A DNA stretch of 64,000 nt from Eledone cirrhosa (lineage: Eukaryota). Position numbers and translations under genes: made by a program. The stretch's first letter is position 1; every line of letters starts with the position of its first letter. This document shows positions 1 through 12,422 of this stretch, piece by piece. The stretch is from NCBI GenBank assembly GCA_964016885.1, contig OZ024743.1, forward strand, positions 284,022,001 to 284,086,000, given 5' to 3'. Below the pieces are notes generated by a model. It saw nothing but the letters and a program-made list of their open reading frames with translations. It was not told the origin of the DNA and made no database searches.

Positions 1-182
1 TGATAGGAGATGTGTGAGTAGAAAACGTTTAAATTGATGATGATTTAGAATCAGTCTCCACACCACTAAAACAATTATGTAAAGAAGTACAAACACTTCC
101 ATGCTCTATAGATATTAAGGAGTAAATATATTAAGAAAACAAAACAAGAATAAAAAGAGGTAAGAGGAGAGGAGATATGTAC

Positions 183-218
183 CTGTGTTCAGGATTAGCT
201 TCCTGAGTGACAGGGTCA
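183..218 (-). CDS. Candidate 36-nt Cav1 exon (DPVTQEANPEHR in phase 2)
   Basis: ttcttatttcag| and CAG|gtacat, length divisible by 3; the joining upstream exon is not established. Confidence 0.4.
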
Positions 219-245
219 CTGAAATAAGAATTGCAAATATTGGAA

Positions 246-291
<46 letters not shown>

Positions 292-357
292 TCACACACA
301 TATATAGATACATATATATTATATATATATATAAATCACAACTTAATCTTTATGATA

Positions 358-462
358 TACAGGGTGTTCCCCCAAAATCTATGCACACTTTGATTACCTG
401 TACAGGCAATATTTATTAGAATGTTGTTGAAGTGTCTACACATTTTTTTAGGACACCCTGTA
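358..462. mobile_element. Tc1/mariner-type MITE
   Basis: TIRs TACAGGGTGTTCC...GGACACCCTGTA with TA flanks. Confidence 0.75.
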
Positions 463-1576
463 TATATATATATATCATAAAGATTAAGTTGTGATTTTTA
501 GAATCCCAGAAAACTATCAGAATTAGAATTTTAACATTCAAAGAATAAATTGATGCATATATAGAGATTTTTGACATTAGCACAAGGCCACAAATTTTAG
601 GGAAGCATATCTTATTGACCCTGGAAGGATGAAAAGCAAAGTTTACCTTGGCAGAATTTGAATTATGTTGCATAAATATTATTGAAGTCATCACAGAGGC
701 AGAAACTGGACTAAAGGACTTTTAGTATTTAGTTTCATCCCTAAACATTTTGAGTTCAAATCCTGCTAATGTTGATATTGTTTTATATTATTCTAGCATT
801 AATGAAATAACCAACAGTGGAAATGATTCAATGGAATATATCACTTTTTCTCAAACGAGTGGCTTGATTGATTGAATAAACAATTCTACTAGACTTAGCT
901 GTTTATCTGACAGTATTTTCATCTATCCATCTCCTGAAGACCACTGGAAGTTACTGAAAAAACCCATCAATTATACAGTATCATTGTCACCATTTTACGT
1001 CTATTTTCTATGCTTGGTTAAATTCACTTAGTTAAATTGGGTTAATGTAACGGTATATAACTAACAAGAACCTTTAGGAGTGCAATGGCAAATGTTTAGT
1101 GATGTGGGAAATATAAAATATAGGTTAGCTATAGCGCTGAGTCTACTCTTGATAAAACACTGTGTGTTTCAGTGAATAAGAGAAAATATCTGTACTATAG
1201 TTTAGGCTTATTTTAGCTCTGATCAAGCAGACCTATAATCAAAGGAAGTTTGTTTTCACCAGAAATACAATCTGGAACTATATTATCCAATATAGACTCC
1301 CCTCTTTAAAATAGTATGGTGAGATTTGAGGGAGATTTGGCAGTTACATCTAGCATATTTTCCTTCATGCAAGCACTGTAGAGTGGTAGTAAGTTCTTAG
1401 AAAATTAGTTTAGCAATGCAGGTTTGATTCCAGATTTAACCATTTCCCTTCATTTAATCCTTATATCAATGATTTCTGTTTGCAATCAATACTCTGCCAA
1501 GCCAACTTACCTTTACTGTGCTAAATGACCAACTTAAGGATAACAGGACATTTTCATCTCATAGCAATTGAGAATT

Positions 1577-2135
1577 ACAGTATATACTAAAATATAAGCC
1601 ACTCACCCTACTATTTTATGTCTGAGAAATGAGCAAAAATCCAAACCCCATGTATAAGTTGAGGCAGATGATGTGGTTTTGAAATTCCCATGAGTGGAGA
1701 ATATATTCATGAAGTTTTTAATATTCTGATATTTAGAATGTTTTAAATGTCATTTAGAGTATGGTTTTTGTTTCAGAACTCCATTATGTAATGATTTTTT
1801 ACCAATTTCCGACTGTTTTCAAGGCCATATTCATTCAAAACATAAAAAACAATTGGAAAAAATAAATTACACGGCGAAAGTGAAACTGGTGTAATATTTA
1901 CTTCCCAAATGAAACTGGTGTAATATTCACCTCCAAACTGAAACCGGTGTAATATTCACCACCAAAGTGAAACCGGTGTAATATTCACCTCCAAAGCAAA
2001 AATACTTTAGCACCTCATTGCATAGAATTTGAAGTTGGTGAAAATCAGAAAAAATATTGACCTCGAATACAAGCCGACCACTATTTTACCATCAATTTTT
2101 TTTGTTGTTGTCATATTTCTTGGCTTATATATAGT
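1577..2135. mobile_element. pogo/Tigger-like non-autonomous element with internal ~29-bp tandem repeat (about 4 copies, 1877-1995)
   Basis: Ends TACAGTATATACTAAAATATAAGCC and GGCTTATATATAGTA; repeated unit AAAGTGAAACYGGTGTAATATTCACCTCC. Confidence 0.55.
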
Positions 2136-2803
2136 AAGTGTCATTTTAAGAAGCATTCACCCAAATATATGAAATAAAACTATTGTACAATGTGTAGGAG
2201 TAAAATGGTATGGTGCTATAAGACTTAAAAATATTTAAGGAATCAGTCAACATGAACTGAATGTATAAAGTACTGAATGAGAGAAAAATAAATTCTTTGT
2301 AAAAGAAAACTGGTAACACTAACATTAAACAGATGATAATCTTAGATATCTTTTCAGTATATTTCTTAAATAGAATTGAAAAGAAGCTATTTAACTTAAG
2401 AAATTGAAAATTATGAATCACATATAAGGTACTTGAAATAGAACAATGAAAAGGAAGTCAGCCCAAAGAATTTTGGCTGGAAATACAACTTCAGAACAAA
2501 GCTTAAAAATACTTATGATTTTGTGTCATTTATATCTTTCTGGAAGACAGTGATATATATGAAGCAGATATTTGAACAAACCCAACTGAATATAATAATA
2601 CCGCATCAATACTGAAGGACTTTCACTCTAAGTAGTTTTGTTTAGGTATAGTGTAAACAAATTGGTGATGTAATATGAGCATTTGAATATTTTAACAAGC
2701 ATTTACATATTTGCCTATTTGATGTTGAAATTCCATTAGGTTCTTATTATTGATGGCAGCTTGCCTCGCCTATGTTTCAGGTGATGCCAGTGAGGGTGTT
2801 TGG

Positions 2804-2863
2804 TTATTTCAGTGCCTTAGCCATGGTATCACCCATGGTAATGTGGTAAGTGTGCTTGTTTGC
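2804..2863 (-). CDS. Candidate Cav1 terminal exon (ANKHTYHITMGDTMAKALK-stop)
   Basis: gtttttag| acceptor, phase 0 open to TAA, GC-richer island; no recognisable homology. Confidence 0.4.
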   Translation of the reverse strand, partial: ANKHTYHITMGDTMAKALK

Positions 2864-3533
2864 CTAAAAACATTATTAGAGGGAGACTCCAGTGCCCTTT
2901 ATTATAGTGTGTGGATCTTCTCCAACTTTTAAAAAGATTTCTTTTCTTTTTTCAATATGTATATATATTAAAAATAAATTGTGTTTATATACTAATGTAT
3001 CAGTTGCATTTATTGATAAAGAAATGGTTAGTCTCAACCATACAAGGCAAATATTTGCAGGGATTTTGAAGAAAACTTATGATCTTAGTGATTTGGCATT
3101 GTCTTCAGAATTAATATATAGATAAAATTATATTTCAAAATTCCATGAAACTCTGAAATACCAAGCATCATGTATGTATAGCAACTAGAAAATTAACATT
3201 TAAGAATATAGAGTTTTAATCAATGTAAATAATTGGTAGAATCATTAACAGTAACTACTATACATTAAAGGAAAGCTTTCAAGGATTCAAGCCTGCAACA
3301 TAATTCTGATTCCCAATTATGGCTATTTCACATATATGATGGTCCTTGATAATTTCCTTCATCCTATAATTTTCATATCATGTACTTACATAAGAAATGA
3401 ACAAATGTCAGAAATGTATACAATGAGTTTTGCAAGAGATGTCAACATGAATGGACCTGTTATTTTTATCTAAAGACATTTTTTTCCAATTCCATCCCGC
3501 CCGTCCCCTCAATCTATCTTATTTCTCATTCTT

Positions 3534-3569
3534 TCTTCTGATGAAGGACTAGCGTCCGAAACGTTAAGA
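3534..3569 (+). ncRNA. Minimal type I hammerhead ribozyme motif (Penelope-associated type)
   Basis: TCTT-CTGATGA-A-GGAC-TAGC-GTCC-GAAA-CGTT-AAGA: core boxes, 4-bp stem II, palindromic AACGTT stem III, TCTT/AAGA stem I. Confidence 0.7.
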
Positions 3570-3668
3570 CCCTCTTCCTGCTATATCAAGCGTTAACCTA
3601 ATATATCCCTTCCATATACTGTACCGATTGTGTTGTTATTTCTGTTTATCTTTTACATACATATATAT

Positions 3669-3887
3669 ATATCAACTAGAAATTGATTGACATATAAATA
3701 TATCTAAAATAAACATGAAACAATCACAGGGGATAATTTGTAAAAGTGTGTAAGCACACATAGCTATGTAGGTAACTAAATAAAGTTTAACTAGAACTTC
3801 AACAATAGATACCTTATAAATTGATTAATCTTCCTTGTATATATTCCATTAAAGAAATATATTTCACCATATATTTCTAGTTGATAT
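3669..3887. mobile_element. MITE-like element with 15-bp terminal inverted repeats
   Basis: ATATCAACTAGAAAT ... ATTTCTAGTTGATAT. Confidence 0.5.
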
Positions 3888-4256
3888 AAAATGCTCGGAT
3901 CTCTTCATTGGAATCTTGGAGCATATTTTATGGGTGATATGGCGCATGTCTATCTGACATGACACCCTTAATTTAAATTAATTTTGGATATATATATATG
4001 TACATGAACCAACAAGGGAGTGTCAATAGTCACTTCCCCTTCAACTAGAAATAGAAGTTAAGACTCCTTCAAATCATATTTATATTATTTTTTTAATTGT
4101 TCCAGCCATTCGGCTGAGGCCATGCTGGGGCACCTCATATAAAAAATATTGTGTACATTATATATATATGATAATAAAGCATTAGCATTTTACATATTGT
4201 TTCAGACCCCCCACCTCCCAAATGCCCAATAGCAATACAAAAGTAAAACATTTTAC

Positions 4257-4571
4257 CATTCTGTCATCCATGGAACCATGATAATCATCTATAAATTCTG
4301 GATGAGGCAAATGGGGTTGCCTTCGTAACCGGTGAGTAGGTGTGGCACTTCTTGAAGAGAATTGATTTAAATCTTTCATTTCGTGACCCTTGTAGCCACC
4401 TAAGCGCTGCTCAATGTAATTTGGGTGAATACCACCATGGACTGATGATCGGATGAGGTCATGTGCTGCACGATCAAGTTCTTCCTGCGACATACCACCA
4501 CCAGCTTCTTTGATTTCTTGTTGTAAATATTTTGCATCCACGTACTTCCGGAGACCTTCTTCTTCAAGGAC
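4257..4571 (-). CDS. Cav1: Cav1 exon with DCRD (VLEEEGLRKYVDAKYLQQEIKEAGGGMSQEELDRAAHDLI...DDRM)
   Basis: 315 nt, phase 0-0; resembles Cav1.2 VLISEGL...MTIEEMESAADNIL; donor ATG|gtaaaa is the less certain boundary. Confidence 0.9.
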
Positions 4572-4989
4572 CTGATTGAAGTGAAAAAGAAGTTAAGAAT
4601 TAGTTAAAAAAAAAGAAAGAAAGAAAGGGAAATAACAGACTAACAGATGTATAGGCCTTATTGTAAATATTTATCAATATTCATCATAACCATCAGTTTT
4701 ACATCCATTTTTCTAGCATGGTGTGGATGAGGCTTTCTATGGCTGGATACACTTTCTGATGTCAATGTTAATTTGTGTGATTTCTATTTATACACATCGT
4801 ACACAAATATCACTGTTTGTGATGTTCAATTCAAAGAGAAAAGGTAAAACTAAACAAACACAAAGATACACATCCAAACACACACATTATATATATATAT
4901 ATATATATATATCATAATCATCATTTTTATGTTGACTTTAAAATGAAAGCTTTCTACTATTTTATTTGACAGTGTTTATTTCATAAGTA

Positions 4990-5725
4990 CCCTTCATGTT
5001 GACTACTCCTGTGCACCTGTTACATATGAAGTCTACCTACTCTGTCAGCCTAATTGTGATCCCATTAGATTTCTTGTTCATTGTTCACACTGGGTATACT
5101 GTATGGAGTTTCTACCTATTCATTTTCTTCACATTGAGCATGGGCATTTTCCATATAGTAGTAGAATATTTTCCTCTTTCCTACTTACTAGGTTCACTTT
5201 GAGACTCTTTGATCCCAGATTTTGTAACTATACCTGGAATTTTTTCTCTAACTCTTCTGTGGTTTCTGTTATGGGTATAAGATCTTAGACATACAGGAGT
5301 TCCCAAAGACAGTCAGTCTTGAATTCAGTTATGGCCTGAAGGACTATAATAAACAGGTGGGGGCTGAGAACTGAGTCTTGGTGGACTTTAATATGCATGT
5401 TAAATTCAACACTGTATTCATTGTTAACCCTCACTTTACTGACTGAGCTCTTGTACATGGCTTGCACAGCCCTTACAAGCCACTTATCTATCTCTAGATT
5501 CCTAAACTTATACCAAATTACAGAGTGTCTGTCAAAAGCTTTTTCCAGGTTGACAAATGCAAAAAATGAGGGCATAGCTAAAAACGTCTTCATTTGTCTT
5601 ACAAGGAAGATGTCATTAATAGTGTTTTTTCCAAACATGAAACCAAACTACATCACATCAAGGTTAATTTTGTCCATCAGTTTTGCTATCATCCTTTCAG
5701 TAACCTTCAAAACCTTTTCAGTGTG
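4990..5725 (-). mobile_element. Degenerate RTE-type LINE reverse transcriptase fragment
   Basis: FVNLEKAFDR, VHQDSVLSP, WELLY motifs; same family as 14652..16692. Confidence 0.85.
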
Positions 5726-6210
5726 AGTAACTTAAAGATTTAAGAGATGGGGGAGGCAAAAAAAGTTGTTAAACAGAAATAGCTGGGAACTACCAATTCA
5801 AAGAGTGACTACTTCAGTTAACATATTTTGTTACCAAATTTCTAATGAAATATACTACCTATGTTTTTCAAATGATCAATAATTTTGAGCAGATTTAGTC
5901 ATATAACTAACTTCCTCATTATTAAAGTGGTGTTTGGAACATAATAAATATTTTTATATAAAACTGTGATGGAAGGTTTTTATATACAAAAAAAATCACC
6001 TTAAATCAAACAGTTTTGTATCATAGAATCAGAATTGGTTTCAGGCAGTTTGGTATCAAAAGGGTTAAAGAATGGGATTTCAGTTTTATGAACGAAACTC
6101 CAATTTCAAGCATGACAATTCAGTTTAGAAAAGTGAAATTATTTTAATATTTATGATAAAAACAAATAAAGGAACAATAGGCAGCAGTAATGCATATCTG
6201 TTATACTTAC

Positions 6211-6380
6211 TTTCTCAACCAAACTCTCTGCACTGCCACGTTCAAAACCATACTTTGATCTACTGAGAACATGGGTAGGAATCACTAATGGACCACGCTC
6301 GTAGGCACGGTATGGGATAGCACTGTCAGTTCCTTCAGGGTAATCACCAGACCTAGGCTGTCTGCGAAGGTGTTCATCAT
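6211..6380 (-). CDS. Cav1: Cav1 distal C-terminal exon (DDEHLRRQPRSGDYPEG...RGSAESLVEK)
   Basis: 170 nt, phase 1-0, long pyrimidine tract, |gtaagt; RGSAESLVE matches Cav1 GSAxSLVE. Not shown in this frame by the ORF track. Confidence 0.92.
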
Positions 6381-7439
6381 CTTTAGATTTGGCAAAAGGC
6401 AGGAAAAAGAAAAAAAAGAAGAGAAATATTTATCAATAAAAGAAAGCTTCATTAATACATGTTTGATTGTATATCTGTGTGAGTGTATATATATATATAA
6501 TACATATAAATATATGTTTTGAAATAAGTATAGATCAAATGAAAATGGATATATAATGTACATATGTTTCACCCCTTGTATACAATTGTATCCACACACT
6601 CATGCACCTATACATTCATACATAAACATATAAATGTATAACGAGTACTCATATATGACTATACAATTCTTTGCAAATGTATATGTACACACCTGAAGTA
6701 GATAAATCCCCCCAAACTCACATGAATTTCAGGCTGCACTTATTGCACATTTCACACCTGTGTCCCTATGCCCTTGTTTATGCTTTCTCTACATAAATGC
6801 ATACTTAAGAAAATACTCTGCATGAATGCCCTTGTATGTGTCCCATCGTTTCTGAAGCTGTGTCCTTCCATTTATGACAATATACACACATACACAGGTG
6901 TTCTTGACAACCGCCTTTGCTTGCGTTTGTATGTATGCATCTGCTTTCACACATCCTTTTATGCATAATTGTGGATATAGACATCTGGGTATATCTTTAT
7001 ATATAGGTATGGTTTCTGCACACAAGACTATTCTTGGTCATTCATTTTTATACCCATCATATATGTGTGTGCGTGTGTGTGTGTATGTGTGTATGTTTAT
7101 GTATATATATGAATCAGTTCACTTGCAATATTTCACATGTATACTCTCCTTCAAGTTTCCATGATTGTCTTTTAAAACACATAATGCATATGAACACTAA
7201 CTTATATGTACACACTTTCACATTACATAATCACACATAAACACATCAACAAACACAACACAAAACACCCCTACCATATACACACATTAAAATCTGAAAA
7301 GCCTCTCAAAATTCCTCCCCTTAAACCCCAGATAGCTCATGGCTGTTGCTTTTTTCATATCCTTAATGGCATCTTTAACTATATAACTGTTGACTTCAAT
7401 AGCTTGTTAATCTGTTGGATCTACTCAATATAGCTGCTC

Positions 7440-7800
7440 TTTTCACACATTCTTCCCTTTCAGCAATATCTCATTATAATATATCCATGCCTCTTTCTTC
7501 TGGACATCCAGAGTCATTCTAGACACACTGCCTTGCAATCCAGAACACCTCATGTAGATCCTCTTATTGTTAAACACTGGCAAATCTCTTGTTTTCAGCC
7601 TATCTTCTAGATATTTGATATTGTTCTTTGCTGTCCCTACTTCTCCAGTCATTCCAGGACTATCTTGTAGTGTTTCAGGCCTATCTTGTAGTGTTTTGCC
7701 TCTATTTACAGTACAATTCAATCACCCAGTCACATTTCATCTGGCTGGTACCTTACTTCAGTCAAAGATCTCAGTTGCCAGCAACAGGTTACCCTGAAGA
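7440..7800 (-). mobile_element. Highly degenerate LINE (CR1/L2-like) 3' fragment
   Basis: Decayed RT C-terminal-like peptides in ORF 7443..7721; boundaries approximate. Confidence 0.4.
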
Positions 7801-8380
7801 AACTCCCAGCTGTTCTCTATATCACAGGCATCAATACCCTCCTCTTTATCACATACATCACATAGAGTATCTCTGAACCTATATTTAACAGAAGGATTCT
7901 TTAGTTTCCAGACTTTCCTTATCTAGATTATCCAGTGTCTCTTAGTCCATATGCTTTTTACTCTAATGTAGTTAACTAATAACAGTCTATGTTGGGTGAT
8001 ACATTTTTCTCCAGGCAAAAACTTAGCATTCACAGCCATCTTCCTTGTTTTCTAATGAGTATAAAGTCAATCTGGCTTGTTTATTCCCCTGACTGATAAG
8101 GGATCAAATGACTGGTTGGTTTCCTAAAGTTAGGGTTGCAGATGGTGATGTCATTTGCATCACAAAACTCTAAGATACACACATACACATTTATCCTTTA
8201 ACTGGTTTCAATCATTAGACTGTGGTTATGCTGGAGCACCACCTTGAAAGAATTTAGTCAATCATATCAACACCAGTACTTTTTTAAGTCAAGTACTTAT
8301 TGTACTTAGTTTATTGATCTTTTTTGTTTACCTGCTAAGATAAGGGACATAAATAAACAGACATGGTCACACACACACAT

Positions 8381-9762
8381 ATCATCATTTTTATATCCAT
8401 TCTTCCATGGGTTGGATGAGTCCTCCCCAGCACACATCTCTCCACTCGCCGTGTTCCTTTGTCATTTCCTCTGTGAGTCTCAGTGATTTGAGGTCAGCTC
8501 TCACAACTTCTGCCCAGGTCTTTCTTGGTCTAGCTCTACTACGGTTTCCTTCCACTGGCATTTCTTTGCACTTCTTCACCCAGCAATCATCATCCACGTG
8601 CATCACATGTCTATACCAATGCAATCATCTCTCCTGCATACCACCTCAAATTCCTCATAAACCCAGCTTCTTCTACTCATCCAAGCTCTGCATTTCTCTC
8701 ACATTTACATTGCACATCCAATGAAGTATGGTTGCTTCATTCTAGTCTATGCATGTCTTGGCAGTCACAGCCCATGTTTCACTACAATGTAGTACTGAAC
8801 TTCTCACACAGGTGACATAGGGTCATCCTTTTGTATGTAGGGAGAAACATTTTGTGGTCAACAGTGGGAGTAGCTCTCTAAACTTTTCCCATCCTATCCT
8901 TATTCTAGCTATTATGCACTCAGAGTACCCTACTCCATTGCTAATTAAGTTGCCTAGAGAGCAGAAACCATCAACCACTTCTATATGCCCTTCCTATGAT
9001 TGGAAAAAGTATATAACACTGGTGCTCTTCCCCTCAGTTATCTCTGTGCATCTTCTAGTTAGTCTATCTGTTATCCCACTACATCTCTTATGTACCCAAG
9101 ATTTACATTGTGTACATTGTATGGAGTTTATGCCTACTTCCTTTCTACATATTGAGCAGGGCTGCTTCCCTGAAGGAATCATTGTCCTATCTTCTCTCCT
9201 ACGCACTAGCACTTTAGTTTTGGCTAAATTTACTCTCAGACCTTTTGATTCCAAAGCCGGAACTTATTTTTTTAGGAATTTAATGGATTTAGCTGTAAAG
9301 ACTAGATCATCTGCATAGAGAAGTTTCCATGGGCAGCCGGTCTTAAACTGCTGTTATAGCCTGGAAAACTATAATGAATAGTAGTGGCTAAGAACCAAAC
9401 CCTGATGAATTCCTACCTGTACCTTGAATTCCTCACTAAACTCACTTCCTCACAGCTTCTCTATACATGGCTTGCACTGCTCTCACCAGCCATTCTTCTA
9501 CACCTAATTTCCTTAAGGATCACCTGATCGAGGTATGCTGTCAAAAGCCTTTTCTCGATCAACGAAAGCTAGATATAGCAGCTTATTTTCGAATAGGAAC
9601 TTCTGTTGTATTGCTTCACTAAAAAGATGGCATCTGTAGTATTTTTCCCAGGCTTAAAACCAAACTGCATCTCATCTAATTTGATTCTTTCTCTAATTAG
9701 TTGTGCTGTAACTCTTTCCATCACTTTCATAACTTGGTCCATTAGTTTTATTCCTCTATAGA
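8381..9762 (-). mobile_element. 5'-truncated RTE-type LINE with frameshifts
   Basis: YRGIKLMDQVMKVMER, DEMQFGF, YADD, CSIC..CTQC..WVHKRC, GRPRKTW-like motifs; (GAT)n tail. Confidence 0.9.
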
Positions 9763-9816
9763 TGCTATATATATATATATATATACATACATACAGCAAC
9801 TATAGAGGAACTTATA

Positions 9817-9850
<34 letters not shown>

Positions 9851-10432
9851 CAAAGTAAGATGAAAAGAGAGGAATAAAAATATTCTATTTCTAGAAAAGA
9901 TATTGCCTTAATAGACATGCTTAATCACCAGCAAATTTCACATTGACAACCATAGCAAAACTACTAATGGACATGTTTGGCTATAGTTACCAAAATACAG
10001 GATTAACTGGGCTAGAGTTAAGTCAACTAAAGATAAGGGTAAAATCTGTAATCTTTGTAAACTGTGGAATTGCCTGTGTTGGCCAGAACAGTGTAATAAA
10101 ATCTAAGAGACTTTGTAGGCATTATTAGTAAGTTTGGTTGACATGCAATGTAAATAAGTCATACATTTCATACACAGGTCCATTGAAGGATATGAAATGT
10201 AAGAGGAGACTTGAAGAGAGGCTATGAATAGAAAGTAACTTTTCAGACACAATTTCTTCAACAGATATGTGCCAGAAATATCAGACTCACAGAGACCAAA
10301 CTTATTTGCTTCCTACAAACTCTCTTAGATTTTATAAACTAATGATGAATGTCCAAAGAAACACTAATCTGCTAAAAGCTACACACATATAAAAACCCAA
10401 ACCAAGAGACATGCGTTTTTTTTAGTCTTTAC

Positions 10433-10446
10433 TCTTCCACATGCTG
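10433..10446 (-). CDS. Candidate 14-nt (or 11-nt via CAGCAG) Cav1 microexon
   Basis: tatttttcctacag|CAGCATGTGGAAGA|gtaaag; GCATG/TGCATG motifs nearby. Confidence 0.4.
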
Positions 10447-11757
10447 CTGTAGGAAAAATAACTGAAACAACTCTATGTTGGCAAATATCTATACTAGATC
10501 AAGCTACATAGCTATACACATCAATACTTACATATATCATCCTTCATTCATTTCATAGTTGTAATAATTGTAACATGTAATGATTATATTGAGACAAAAT
10601 AATAATAATAATAATAATAATCAACAACTTTTGATTTAACTACCATGTGCTAACATATACTAATGCTAACATACAATAGCTATAACTAACACATGCATTT
10701 TAACACTGAAACAGCTCTATGTAAACAGAGATGTTGACATCTTTTAATCAACACATGCAACAATGGTATATCTGAAGATTTATATACAATATATAATAAT
10801 GTGACTGGTAGCCATGTCTTAAGACCCTACTGTTTTGAAGTGATATTCAAGATTTAACATCTGACTTAACTTTCAACTGAACTATTTCTTAAATTAGAAG
10901 TCATTAAACCTAAACGAGGCACATTGAAATAGTTTAAAACAATGTATTCCTTGATCTCTTCATTAGAGAAACACGAGTGATATATATATATATATAGAGA
11001 GAGAAGAGTGAGATCAAGGTCTATAGAAAGAGGAGGTGAAGAGAGAAGCTACAAATAGTAACTTTGATCTATGATAGTACATACTAGTACAGTCTCCCCA
11101 TTGAACAGTGATATAATAATGTTACTGTATGATGTGGAAAGTAATATATATATCTTCATAAACAGAAGTCAGCAATAATCAAGTTCAACAGTAAAAAAAA
11201 AAAAAAATCTCCAGTGAAATACTTAACTTCAAGTATATCATCATCTTTTAAAGCACATATTTCTTAATCATTCAGACATACATTATGTTAACTTTTAGTG
11301 ATGAAAAACTTAAAGATTATCCCCACCTAAATTCCAAGTTCATGGAAATGGAGTTTATCTTAATTTTAAAATGTCTAAGAAAGTGGAAGATATACTACTT
11401 TAATCTGGACAGAATGCTAATCCATCCCAGGTTTGTATATTCTAGCAACTGCAATGACACGAATTTGAGCTTAAGAAAAAGATCCACTAAACTGCTGTGC
11501 TAAACATTCAGATATTTTAATTAACATTCTTCCTTAGATTTCTCTTGAAGTAGATGGAATCAGTGGGATGAATTAGTAAACAATGACCTCAAGAAATCGA
11601 ACCTCACAAAGGATCATGTTCAGAGGTGACTCACACTACTAGAGAAAAATTGTAATGATAGAAGTAAATTGTGGTGAGAGAATGTAGACAATATGGAGCA
11701 GAAAGGTTTCATTTAGCCTTGCCAAGGACTAAACAATCCCACTGTTGTTGGAGTTGT

Positions 11758-12030
11758 GATCATCATCATCATCATCATCACCGTTTTACGTCCGTTCTTC
11801 CACGCTAGCATGGGTTAGACGGGTTGTCCTGTTGTGGGCAGTGTCTGGTCGTCTGACCATGCCTTGCTCATACAGGAACTGATCTGGCTTGATTTCTACA
11901 GCTGGATGCCCTTCCTAACACCAACCTCATTTACAGTGAGTGCTGGGTGCTTTTTCGTGGCGCCTACACGTCCACTTTACAGTGTGGGCTGGGTGCTTTT
12001 TGCCGTGGCACCTCCACGACCACCTTGCGG
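11758..12030 (-). mobile_element. 3' part of RTE-partner SINE / RTE 3' UTR
   Basis: Reverse complement of the 16880-17078 SINE tail ending in (GAT)n. Confidence 0.8.
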
Positions 12031-12226
12031 GGGGGGGGGGGGGGGCATATTGTTTATATGCTTCAGCATGTACCCATGGGAGGTCGGGTACCCTGTATTA
12101 CTGCGTGACGCCAGAAGTCACGGTCGTGTGTCATTGACTTTGATATATATAGTATAGTGGTAATAATTTGGTAGAAATATCCAAGGTATAGAGCAACTCA
12201 ACTCCATAGAGTTAGTTTCAATAAAA

Positions 12227-12408
12227 TTATTGAGGCCAGTTACTCCAATTGAACCATACCAGGAATGTATGTTTCGTTGATTTGGAGAGCCCACTTTTTC
12301 AACCTATGCCGGTTCCTTTACACTGGCATAGGTTGAAAAAGTTGGTCCTCCAGACCAATGAGACGTACATTCATGGTATGGCTCCATTGTAGTAACTGAC
12401 CTTAATAA
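12227..12408. repeat. Fold-back element with ~85-bp imperfect arms
   Basis: TTTTTCAACCTATGCC...GGCATAGGTTGAAAAA core extending outward to TTATTGAGGCCAGTTACT / AGTAACTGACCTTAATAA. Confidence 0.85.
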
Positions 12409-12422
12409 CTATATATATATAT

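Noticed and set aside
1877-1995. 29-bp repeats resembling a CRISPR array
   Set aside because: Head-to-tail units without unique spacers, inside a MITE, in animal DNA.
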